Counted from the stretch's first letter, positions 1 to 9,874 are shown. The stretch is DNA of 44,925 nucleotides from Octopus bimaculoides (GCF_001194135.2 NC_069000.1:6252966-6297890), one strand, 5' to 3'. Numbers and translations are program-made. Notes: a model not told the origin generated them from the letters alone.

Positions 1-149
1 AAGGGGAAGAGGAAACGAAAACGAAGAAAAAGAAGAACAACAACAATAAGAAATTTTCTGTCACCCATCTATCAACGTTGTCCTCCAATCTTCGCCATCG
101 TCCAAATTGTCTGCAACTTCTATCTATCTATCTGTCTATTCTGTTTTTA

Positions 150-328
150 TTCTACTTGTTTCGGTTATTGGACAGCGGCCATGCTAGTTTGCACTACCGA
201 GGTTTTAGTCGATTAGATATGATTCCAGTACTATCGATTCCCCCCCACCTCTCTCTCTTGTTTTTTTCTATTTTGTTGAACCGCTATCTTACGGATGACA
301 TGAACAAACCAACACCAGTTGTCAAACG

Positions 329-330
<2 letters not shown>
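150..330 (-). mobile_element. SINE family A, 3' half
   Basis: Reverse complement contains TAGCATGGCCGCTGTCCAATAACCGAAACAAGTAG and a GACAAC...GGTTTGTT segment matching the full copy at 4768-5194. Confidence 0.7.
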
Positions 331-374
<44 letters not shown>

Positions 375-377
<3 letters not shown>

Positions 378-511
378 GTAGCGATTCGACCTGGAGACAT
401 TCCTTGATCTCTGAGCCACTCATCCTGCCAATGCGTAGCTTCGGGTGAACCTCATTTCGGCCGCTTTTATTCGCGGTCGTACTCGTTCGGTCATTGCCCC
501 ATAATCATGAC
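375..511 (-). mobile_element. RTE-clade LINE fragment (downstream part)
   Basis: Minus strand reads (M)TERVRPRIKAAEM, resembling the RTE ORF C-terminal motif TER.R.RIQAAEM.FLR; continues the LTYDHE piece at 789-890. Confidence 0.7.
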
Positions 512-788
512 TGCTGACTCGGGAACTAAATTTGCTTAGGGGTACAAACCCAGGTTCAATTTTTTTTTACAAACAAGGTCTTATTGGTTATTTATTTTGT
601 ATTTATTTTTGTTCATTGTTCTTTGAGAAGAAACCTAACTACTTTCTAATTTTACAGATCACATTTTCCGTTTTCTAAACCTGAGAAAATTATATAGAGA
701 TTCAAATTTTGATTTTGCACCCCACCCCATCTCTAAAATTTTAGGAGGTGCCCTTGTACCCCCTGCAGTTCCTGTTCCCGGGCCTATG
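512..788. mobile_element. Non-autonomous DNA transposon (MITE, possibly hAT) inserted in the RTE fragment
   Basis: Imperfect terminal inverted repeats (CGGGAAC...AGGGGTACAA at 520-547 vs TTGTACCCCCT...GTTCCCG at 754-780); flanks ATCATGAC (504-511) and TTCATGAT (789-796) are a 6/8 direct repeat; removing it rejoins the RTE motif. Confidence 0.5.
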
Positions 789-905
789 TTCATGATCATA
801 GGTAAGGATAGGCACGAAAACCGAACTGAAGATTACAAGTTTGGCTTCTTTATCAACCTCTCCACTTCTACAGATCGAATGCCGGTACAGCATATCGAAT
901 GCCCA
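789..905 (-). mobile_element. RTE-clade LINE fragment (upstream part)
   Basis: ORF 741-986(-) contains EAKLVIFSSVFVPILTYDHE, matching the RTE motif K.KL.IY.SIF.P.LTYGHE. Confidence 0.75.
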
Positions 906-1245
906 ACAGTGCTTTGTAAGAGAAATTTTATTAGGGGTTACTAAGTTACTTTTGAGCCCTTCCCTTTCTGTAAATGTTATAGTCATACATATATTTGAAC
1001 ATTATTATGAGACCCCCGCCCCACAAAAAAAAGAAAAAAATTCCTGGCCCCGGTTGAAATGTATGTGCCGTCTTCAAAAACGTCCTCCGGATCCGGAGAT
1101 CTCCTTGACGAGCTGGGACAACAAAATAAAGTACCATGGAAGGACTGGATTGATAAAATAAAGTACCGATCGAGTCACATGACTGTCCTTCCCACTTCAA
1201 ATTTATGGCCGTGTATCAATGTTAGAATTTAATCTTTTCTGGGTG

Positions 1246-1420
1246 GCCTAGCGGCATCTCGTTCGTCTTTGCGTTCTGAGTTCAAATTCCACCGAGGTCG
1301 TCTTTTGCCTTTTATTCTTTCGGGGTCGATAAAATAAGTACCAGTCGAGCACTGGGGTCGATCAAATAGACTTAGCCCCTCCCCCGAAATTGCTGGCTTT
1401 GTGCTGAAATTTGAAACCAA
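1246..1420 (+). mobile_element. SINE family B (tRNA-derived head, Deu/Nin-like centre)
   Basis: B-box GAGTTCAAATTCC, then GTCGTCTTTTGCCTTTTATTCTTTCGGGGTCGATAAAATAAGTACCAG...CTGGGGTCGAT; many other copies in the window. Confidence 0.8.
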
Positions 1421-1435
1421 TGTTTTCTGTTTGCG

Positions 1436-1622
1436 GAAAAACAGTGGAATGTATAATACCCATCATCGCTTGGCAACCGATGTAGGTGTGTCTTATGGTC
1501 TCGAACACCAGCGGTTCGGCAATAGACACCGAGAGAATAAGTCCTGGAGTCGATTTGTGCGAATGAAGGCGGCGCTCCAGCATGGCCGCAGTCAAATGAC
1601 CGAAACGCGTAAAAGATAAAAT
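1436..1622 (+). mobile_element. SINE family A, 3' half
   Basis: GGCGGCGCTCCAGCATGGCCGCAGTCAAATGACCGAAAC at 1568 onward with an A-rich tail. Confidence 0.8.
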
Positions 1623-2177
1623 TCCTAATAATATTTGATAATAAAAATGCAGAAGGATTTTATTTTTTAATATTCATCGAATGGGTATGGAAACCCAATA
1701 GGATAAAACAGGAATCAAAGAAACCCATTAACTGCTGCTCTATTGGCTTAAACGGAGACAAGGGAACATTACTTAGTGCATTTCGCCCCTTTAAGAGGTC
1801 GAAGCCGTTTGGCATTTGGCAAACCTGTTTCATGATAACGTTTTTTTTTCCGCGCTCGCTGCTGACTTGTAGACTAAACAATAAAGAAGCTGATAGATAA
1901 AACTAAAAAAAAAGCTGTAGTGGGTGTTGGGGTGAGGGATACTAGTGTTGTGATAGGTCGAGGGCTAAACTAAAGATGACTGAGCTTCGACAGTTACTTG
2001 GTGCGTAAGTAAACTAACCAGTGAAGAACTGGGTCTTTAGAATCAAGTCCCTCTCTAATTCTCTTTCTGTGTGTCTCTATCTAACTCTCTCGCTCTCTCT
2101 CTCTCTCTCTCTCTGTGACCCTCTCTAATGCACTCACTCTCTCTCGCTCTCTAACTTTCTCTCTGTCTTTCTCTCTT

Positions 2178-2227
<50 letters not shown>

Positions 2228-2254
2228 TGTAGCCAATAAAGAAATAAGAATCAT

Positions 2255-2346
2255 TGGCAAGCCGGACAAAGTGCTCAGTAGCTTTTTCTTCAGGCTTTTC
2301 ACGTTCTGATTTCAAATTCCGCCGCTGTCGACCTCGCCTTTCATCC
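2255..2346 (+). mobile_element. SINE family B, 5' half, fused tail-to-tail with a family A copy
   Basis: GTTCTGATTTCAAATTCCGCCGCTGTCGACCTCGCCTTTCATCC ends abruptly where the minus-strand A copy begins. Confidence 0.7.
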
Positions 2347-2672
2347 CCAGGATTTATTCTTTGTGAGCCTAGTACTTACCCTATAGGACGCTTTTGCCGA
2401 ACCGCTAAGTTACGGGGACGTAAACACACCAACATCAGTTGTCAAGCGATTATGGGTGGGGGACAAACTGTGACACACAAACATAGACACACGCACACAC
2501 ACACATATATATATATATATATAAACGACGGGCTTCTTTCAGTTTCCACTCACAAGGCTTTGGTTGGCGCGAGGCTATAGTTGAAAGACACTTGCCCAAG
2601 GTGCCACGTTGCGGGACTGAACGCGTGACCATATGGTTTGGAAGCAAGCTTCTTATCACACAACAAGAGGCG
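2346..2672 (-). mobile_element. SINE family A lacking its 3' tail
   Basis: Reverse complement aligns with 4790-5120 (CACCTTGGGCAAGTGTCTT, GGAAACTGAAAGAAGCCCGTCG, TACGTCCCCGTAACTTAGCGG). Confidence 0.8.
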
Positions 2673-2883
2673 AAAAGGGCGCCTATTTCCAAACAATTTT
2701 CAGAAAGGTGTATTTTTAAGTGTTCAGAAATGTTTATCTCGATTTTCAGAAAATGTGTGTGCGTGTGTGTCCCAATATGACTTTCGACTGCATCCGGTAG
2801 TGGAGCCTTGGTACAGGATTTTCAGGGTTTCGAAGTGTGCATAACCATCTCTTACGCACCATTGTTCCCAGTTCTACTCTTAC

Positions 2884-2937
2884 CGAGTTCTTCCCTAGAA
2901 CTTCCTTTCAGGAGAAGCTAAACGAAAGACCGGAAGT
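2884..2937 (-). promoter_or_regulatory. ETS motif plus candidate short exon
   Basis: CCGGAAGT at 2930-2937; on the minus strand it is followed by TTCGTTTAG, a 34-nt segment (2917-2884, LLLKGSSREEL in phase 0) and donor TCG|GTAAGA. Confidence 0.3.
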
Positions 2938-3118
2938 GTAATCGGTTTCATACCGTCACCATAAGTATTGTTGTATCGCTGATTTTTGTAATTGATTGCT
3001 CTGCTCCAGAAAGTGATTTCAGTGTTGTGCAACATTTTATCAACGCAAAACAAATTCAAACGCAGGAACATCTTGAGTTTAAGAAGTGGCTTAAGAAGTT
3101 GACTTCCTCCTTATATAT

Positions 3119-3132
3119 TATTATCATCATCA

Positions 3133-3215
<83 letters not shown>

Positions 3216-3237
3216 GTTGTTGTTGTTGTTGTTGTTA
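3119..3237. repeat. Compound trinucleotide microsatellite (ATC)n(ATT)n(GTT)n
   Basis: Directly visible. Confidence 0.95.
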
Positions 3238-3374
3238 CATTTTAAAAAAGGATTGACGTAACTCTTCACAAAGGTAAACAGTCAAGACGAAGACTGCGAT
3301 TCGATTGGAAGATATTTTATTGGTTGAACGATATTCCGACAGTAAAAAATTCGAAATTATAGAAATTTAAGTGA

Positions 3375-3897
3375 CACTGGGGCAAAATATACGAAGCCCA
3401 TTATACCCATCATGACTACCCGTCTGATAAGGGTACACCAGGCACATGCATCACAATCATATATGCGCGACATGGTGATCTCATATCAAGATAAACAGCG
3501 CATGACCTTTCAGGTGGGGTCCAGTTAGAATTTTCTTCAGGTCGAGTAGCCCATCCCACTCAAAAGGTCCCTGAATTAGGGTTGTTTAAGGATGTTGAAT
3601 GAAACATTCATGTTTCCAAAGGTGAATAATCCAAACCCCAAAGAATTCCTCTCAACACATGGCTATGATGCTCCCCCACTACTTCTGCCCGTGATGAGAG
3701 ATGCACATATCGTCAATCACCAAGGGACATGCTCAACTGGTTAAGGTCAAACAACTGACAAGCAAATCTGTGGTATTAAGCAGAATATTTGCTGTAGCCC
3801 ATCTTTTTATACCAAGACAAAACAATGTACATGATAACATTTCCAATCAGTTAAGATCAGAAGCCATGAGAGCCACTGCCTGGTACTATTATTATTA
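3375..3897 (+). mobile_element. Unclassified dispersed repeat with a short (TAT)n tail
   Basis: GC-richer block with sharp edges ending CCTGGTACTATTATTATT; single copy here, so the call rests on my recollection of it as an octopus repeat. Confidence 0.35.
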
Positions 3898-3899
3898 AC

Positions 3900-4213
3900 T
3901 GAATTACCTTTAAGATGTGACGATATGTGCGCGAGGAAGTTCATAGAGCGGGGAGGAGGATTACTGTCTGGAAGGAGAACAATTTCTGGCGTTTTCTCTC
4001 TCAATTCGCTTAATTTAGGCTTTTTGGACACACTTTCTTCACTTTTCATACTTGCAGGTCGTTTCATTAGAAACATATCAAGAGAAGTTTTTCTGCTTTT
4101 CAAATTGTTACGAAAATACACAAGAGCAGTGTTATTAAATAAAGCAGCTTCACGACTTGTAGTTACTTTATCAGGATGATATTCTTCTACAAATTTAGAA
4201 GCATGCTCCCACG
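3900..4213 (-). mobile_element. Tigger/pogo (Tc1-mariner superfamily) transposase C-terminal remnant
   Basis: Minus strand reads WEHASKFVEEYHPDKVTTSREAALFNNTALVYFRNNLKSRKTSLDMFLMKRP, like the Tigger C-terminus (W..V..FVEK.HP.K...RA.NLFND....FR.ILK.RQKQTSLD.F). Confidence 0.7.
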
Positions 4214-4670
4214 TTTTTTTTTTTTTTTGCTATAGTTTCAGCTCAGAGCTGCGGCCATGCTGATGCACCGCCGTTTTGCTACACTGTTATTACTGAGATC
4301 CTCCTCCAATATGTGGTACTTGGTGAGGAATGGAGTTTGATGTAGCTACCCTCATTTGTACCTCTTGCCGTGAGGTAGGTTCATCTGGGACTCTCGACAG
4401 GAAGAGGTCCAGCTTTGATTTAAAAACGCCTACATCTACTTTGTGCAGGTTCCTCAGGCTCTTTGGGAGAATATTAAAAAGCTGTGGGCCCATGGAACCC
4501 AGGCTGTTGCAGTAACTAGTCCTGAAGCGCGATGGCGTTGCTGGAATCTTTGGCACTATGCAGTGTCGCCCTGTTCTGGCACTGGTGTAGCTTTCAATGC
4601 CAAAACTTGGCACGATTCCTTCCAGGATCTTCCAGATGTATATTACTGCATACCTCTCCCGCCTTCTTTG
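4214..4670 (-). mobile_element. 5'-truncated CR1/L2-group LINE 3' end with poly(A)
   Basis: QRRRERYAVIYIWKILEGIVPSFG...TGRHCIVPKI...GPQLFNILPKSLRNL...FKSKLDLFLSRVPDEP...ATSNSI, a typical CR1-type ORF2 C-terminus; short 3' UTR; A15 tail (T run at 4214-4228). Confidence 0.85.
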
Positions 4671-4765
4671 CCAACACTGCTTTTATGTCACTCGTAGAGA
4701 TAGCATTCTCCGCTACACTGGCAGACCATATCGGTGATTTTCAGACAGTTAATGGTCTGGCAAAG
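4668..4765 (-). mobile_element. Upstream continuation of the Tigger remnant
   Basis: Reads ENAISTSDIKAVLA, which joins WEHASKFVEE across the LINE insertion. Confidence 0.55.
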
Positions 4766-4767
4766 GT

Positions 4768-5194
4768 GAGACGTAGGAGTAGCTGTGTGGTAAGTAGCTT
4801 GCTTACGAGCCACATGGTTCCGGGTTCAGTCCCACTGCGTGACACCTTGGGCAAGTGTCTTCTACTATAGCCTCGGGCCGACCAAAGCCTTGTGAGTGGA
4901 TTTGGTAGACGGAAACTGAAAGAAGCCCGTCGTATATATGTATATATATATGTGTGTGTGTGTGTTTGTGTATATGTTTGTGTATCTATGTTTGCCCCCC
5001 CCCCCCTCCAACATCGTTTGACAACCAATGCTGGTGTGTTTACGTCCCCGTAACTTCGCGGTTCAGCAAAAGAGACTGATAGAATAAGTACTAGGCTTAC
5101 AAAGAATAAGTCCTGGGTTCGATTTGCTCGACTAAAGGCGGTGCTCCAGCATGGCCACAGTCAAATGACTGAAATAAGTCAAAGAGTAAAAGAG
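4768..5194 (+). mobile_element. Full-length SINE family A (tRNA-derived, CORE-like centre; OR2-like)
   Basis: A-box-like TAGCTGTGTGG, B-box GGTTCAGTCCC, then GACACCTTGGGCAAGTGTCTTCTACTATAGCCTC (similar to the MIR/CORE start ACCTTGGGCAAGT.ACTT...AGCCTC), internal (TA)/(TG) tract, 3' tail GGCGGTGCTCCAGCATGGCC and an (AAAGAGT)-like end. The OR2 name is from memory. Confidence 0.85.
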
Positions 5195-5299
5195 ATTCAA
5201 TAAGATGTTTTCAGCTTTCCTGTTTATTAATTTTTTTTGTTTTGTTTTATTGAGGGTTAAACAATTTTTTTTGTTGGGGGAATATAACCAAAAAGTACC

Positions 5300-5850
5300 T
5301 GGGCTTCTTTCAGTTTCCGTCTACCAAATCCATTCACAAGGCTTTGGTCGGCCCGAGACCAGTAGAAAACACTTGCCTAAGGTGGAGCTCTCTCTCTCTC
5401 TCTTTTTGTATATATATGTGTATATATGTATATATATGTATATATATATATATGTGTAGGGGCAGCTGACGAAGGAAATATTCTCTATGTGGCCTGTTCG
5501 TTTTCTGTGCTCTGTTTATGTTTTGTTTTTCATTTTGTCCACGTTTTTTTTTGTGACGTCCTGTGCCCAGATATGCATCTATATATACATGTAAATGTAG
5601 GGATGTACATACATGTACGTAATATATGCAATATACTCACATATTATTTGTATTACACACACATATAGGTAGAGAGAGAATATACGCGGAGTAGATGAAA
5701 CAGAAACAACTGACGAAGGGGTATACTTTTTATGTTGCATGTTTCGTTTGTCTGTTTGTTTTTTTCGTTGTTCGCTATAGTACAAGGTGCTATGGATTGG
5801 AACTGAACCCAGAACCATATGGTTGGGAAGCAAATTTCTTACACAGTCAC
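5300..5850 (-). mobile_element. SINE family A split by a ~400-nt insert
   Basis: Head at ~5785-5850 (AAGGTGC...GAACTGAACCCAGAACCATATGG) and centre at ~5300-5385 (GGGCTTCTTTCAGTTTCCGTCTACCAAATCC...CACTTGCCTAAGGTG) are collinear. Confidence 0.65.
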
Positions 5851-6102
5851 GCGTGTATATAAACGTATGAATGTATGTATGTATGTATGTTATCATCATT
5901 TAACGTCCGTTTTCCATACATACAGACACATGCATGTATGTGTATATGTGTATGTATGTATGTGTACGTATGTGTGCGTGTATATATCATGTCTGTATTT
6001 ATGTATGTGTGTATATATGTTTGTGTACGTATGTGTATGCATGTATGTATAAGCTCTAATAAACAAAACCCCCGGTTCTTGAGTCATTCTGTTATTCTTG
6101 AC

Positions 6103-6438
6103 NNNNNNNNNNNNNNNNNNNNNNNNNNNNNNNNNNNNNNNNNNNNNNNNNNNNNNNNNNNNNNNNNNNNNNNNNNNNNNNNNNNNNNNNNNNNNNNNNN
6201 NNNNNNNNNNNNNNNNNNNNNNNNNNNNNNNNNNNNNNNNNNNNNNNNNNNNNNNNNNNNNNNNNNNNNNNNNNNNNNNNNNNNNNNNNNNNNNNNNNNN
6301 NNNNNNNNNNNNNNNNNNNNNNNNNNNNNNNNNNNNNNNNNNNNNNNNNNNNNNNNNNNNNNNNNNNNNNNNNNNNNNNNNNNNNNNNNNNNNNNNNNNN
6401 NNNNNNNNNNNNNNNNNNNNNNNNNNNNNNNNNNNNNN
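6103..6438. other. Assembly gap (N run)
   Basis: N characters; other gaps at 11748-12185, 33957-34344, 35979-36158 and 39557-39750. Confidence 0.99.
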
Positions 6439-6576
6439 GTAAAAAAAGGAAAGGGTTTATGTTCTGCAGAGGTAGTAGTGGTAGGGGCTGATTTTGAACT
6501 GTCCCCTGAGGTTCTCGTTAGGCTGACTGTAGTGGGACACGAAGTGGGTTCCGCAACGCTGGTTTTGTTTTCTGGC
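6439..6576 (-). CDS. Candidate coding exon, Ser/Thr/Pro-rich, running into the gap
   Basis: Unique GC-richer block after acceptor TTATTATCTAG; phase-2 reading (R)PENKTSVAEPTSCPTTVSLTRTSGDSSKSAPTTTTSAEHKPFPFF; other frames are also open for 18-40 codons. Confidence 0.4.
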
Positions 6577-6879
6577 CTAGATAATAATAACGACTGCAAA
6601 ACCTTGCTGCCTCCGCCGTTACGACGATGCAAAACGACAAGAGAAACTTCCATACAGACAAGCGAAGAGATGTATACATACATATGTACATACATGCATA
6701 CATACATACATACATACATGGATGTACACACACAGATAGATAGATAGAGAGAGAGAGAGGATTAGATATAGAGAGCGGATACTTACACATATATATGTAT
6801 TTATATGTATATATGCATATGTATATGCATAGATAAGTGTTTATTTCAAAACACCAATGTATACACACATGCATATATA

Positions 6880-6890
6880 CATATGCAGGC

Positions 6891-6960
<70 letters not shown>
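6880..6960. repeat. (AT)n microsatellite within an AT/AC-rich simple-repeat field
   Basis: Directly visible; similar tracts at 11670-11705, 12186-12226 and 15703-15778. Confidence 0.95.
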
Positions 6961-7602
6961 TTATATATATATATACATTTATGTATATATATGTGTGTGT
7001 GTACAGATATACATCTCTGTAAACAAGTATATATTAAATGTATACATATAAAAATACAAATTTATATACATATTGTATGTGTATATATGTGCGTGTGCGT
7101 AGAGGGAGAGAGAGAGAGAGAGAGCGTGAGAGAGAGAAATAGACAAATAAATAGACATCCATGTATAAATTAAACATGTATGTATATAAACATATATATA
7201 CTTGTTTGTATAAGTGTATATATGTAGTTAATTGTAATAGCTATATATACACATATTTTTACCAACATAATGTTGTATTTTCCTCACAGAAATTTAGAGA
7301 AACGGAGGTAAAAATGAATGAAAATCCATCGAACAAAACGAAGAAAAGGAATTTGAGATGAAATGATGGCTGCAGTTTCATCATTAGAACGACAGAATGG
7401 AAACATTCACCAATTTCTCTTTTCTATGTTGTTTGGTCATTGAACTACATTAGTCTTCGATAAAACAACTAACACACATACACACACATATATATGTATA
7501 TTCACACTTTGTCTCACACAAACGAGTGTGTGTGTATATTGGATATATATACGTAGATGTGTGTGTATATATACAAATATACGTACATACATAGACATCG
7601 TA

Positions 7603-7639
<37 letters not shown>

Positions 7640-7816
7640 CACACATACGCGTATACATGTATTTGTGTATAGACACGACACAAATATCTATACATACGTA
7701 TATGCACGCACACACACACACACGTGTGTGTACACATCTTTTTAAGTGTTTGATTCAAAATATGTATACATATGCACCAGTATGTATATATGTATGTGTA
7801 TACAAACACACACATG

Positions 7817-7868
<52 letters not shown>

Positions 7869-7921
7869 CGGATAGATAGATAGACGGATAGATAGATAGA
7901 GAGATAGATAGATAGATAGAG

Positions 7922-8012
<91 letters not shown>

Positions 8013-8015
8013 CGG

Positions 8016-8052
<37 letters not shown>

Positions 8053-8060
8053 CAGACAGA
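7817..8060 (+). repeat. (GATA)n microsatellite with GACG/GAGA variants
   Basis: Directly visible; source of the LSIY-repeat ORFs. Confidence 0.95.
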
Positions 8061-8199
8061 TATGCAAATAATTGCTATCCTTCTTGGATGGAAGAAAGAA
8101 ATGAAGTGATGCCGTCGACAGAGAGAATCCAAGGTCTTTCTGTCGCCTTGGCTCAATAAGAATCTAAAACCAGATGAAGGAAATTTGGTTTTCAAAAAT

Positions 8200-8380
8200 C
8201 AACGGAAAAGTGAATGGGTGAAGAAAGCTAGAGAGAGTGTGAGAGTGGGTAAGAGAAACGAAAAGAGAGGGGGAGGCAGAAAACATAGGTAGAGAGGTAG
8301 ATAGATAGATAGAAAGTAAGGAAAGGTGAGAGAAAGAGAGCATACGAACACTGAGTGGGAGGCAGAAAGGTAGTGGGTAT

Positions 8381-8417
<37 letters not shown>

Positions 8418-8673
8418 AACGATTGAGAGTGGGAGAACCGACAGAAAGAGTGGAAGGCACAGAGAGAGAGAGATAAATAGATATGTAAGTAGGAAGGTAT
8501 ATACAGATCTATCTGTATATAGAGAGTGAGAGAAGAGTAAATAGGAGGGAGTCGAATTGAAGATTGATTATAGGAGGAGTAAGAGGTAAAGGAAGGGGAG
8601 ATAAATATTAGCAGAGAGAGAGAGAGAGAGAAGTATGAGAGAGTGTGTTAGATATAGGGAGATTGTTAGAATC

Positions 8674-8705
<32 letters not shown>

Positions 8706-9650
8706 ATATAGATAGAGTAAAAGTTATAGATAGAGTAAAAGTTATAGATAGAGATGCAAAGAGAGAAAGGAAAACAGAAAGAGACAAAATGATAGTGATT
8801 GATAAAGAGAAAGAGTAAAGGAGAGAGGGACTGAGTGTGAGTGAGAGAAGGTAGTAGAGTAAAAAGGAATAGAGAAAGAAAGAGAGAGAGAGAGAGACAT
8901 AAGAGTGTGTGAATGATGGAAGAGGTTGGCGATATTATAGAAAAATGAGATTAGATGAAAAGAAGAAATGACGAAGAAATAAAAATGGAGTGAACTGAGT
9001 GAGTGTCAAATGACACCATGAGTGATAGGATCTATCTATCTATCTTTCTAGCTGTCTATCTGTCTGTCTATGTATCTATATAGTTAGCTAGCTATCTATT
9101 TGTCTATCTATATATATAATATATGCGCGTATGTATGTAGGGAAAAGAGAGGAGGAAACGGAAACAATAGATATAGAGATAGAAAAGAGAGAGGAGTAGA
9201 ATAAAGAAAGAGTAAGACAAACAAGGGAAACAAAGAGAAACAGTCGGAAAGAGAGAGATAAGAGTGAAAATATTGAGAGAGAGAGAGAGAGGAAGTAGAA
9301 AGTATGATAGAAAAAAAAAAGAGAGCGAAAGAGAGTAAGTGACAGAGGGAGGGGCAAGAAGGAGTGACAGAGACTGATGAAAATGTAAATCAAAAAGAGG
9401 GAGAGAGAGATAAAGAATTCAGAGAGGGGGGAAGTGTAAAGGTTGAGCGTAAGAATCGGAGACAGAGGCGGAGGAGGAGGAGGAGAAGGAGATAGAGAAT
9501 ACAAATAGAGAGATACAGACATAAAAGTGAGAGTGTAAGTATATGATAGATGAGTGGCGGACAGTGAGGGTTAGAAAGAGTAGTGAAAGGAGCAATTTGT
9601 AGTGGGAGGAGGAACGAGAGAAGCAATTCGACGAAAGAGAAGTCTTTTTC
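8200..9650 (+). repeat. 1.45-kb purine-rich low-complexity tract
   Basis: Plus strand is mostly A/G with GA, GATA and GGA runs; includes a 20-nt tandem duplication TAGATAGAGTAAAAGTTATA near 8708-8750. Confidence 0.85.
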
Positions 9651-9874
9651 CTCAATCTGTGAAATCGTTTTCCACGATAGTCTTGTTATATACACACACC
9701 ATTATTATATATATGTATATATATATACACCAACGTATATATATATAATATATATACACACATATTGGCTGGTTTGGTGTTATTTTTTTTTTAATTTGAT
9801 ATATTACATGTCCAAGTCTTCACCTTAGTCGAACAGGGAGAAGATATATATATATATATACACATAATACATAC

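Noticed and set aside
3027-3245. ORF with poly-Ile/poly-Val tail
   Set aside because: The tail is an (ATT)n(GTT)n microsatellite; the start is a non-ATG codon and nothing is recognisable upstream.
4768-4850. tRNA gene
   Set aside because: A/B boxes are present but there is no cloverleaf; it is the head of a repeated SINE.
5464-5730. Active hammerhead ribozyme at CTGACGA
   Set aside because: No stem II and no correctly placed GAAA/stem III; other CTGA(T/C)GA hits (9374, 28068-, 30276-, 38513) also fail.
5426-8195. Many long ORFs rich in YI, CV, HT and LSIY repeats
   Set aside because: Translations of (AT)n, (GT)n, (AC)n and (GATA)n tracts or of N gaps.
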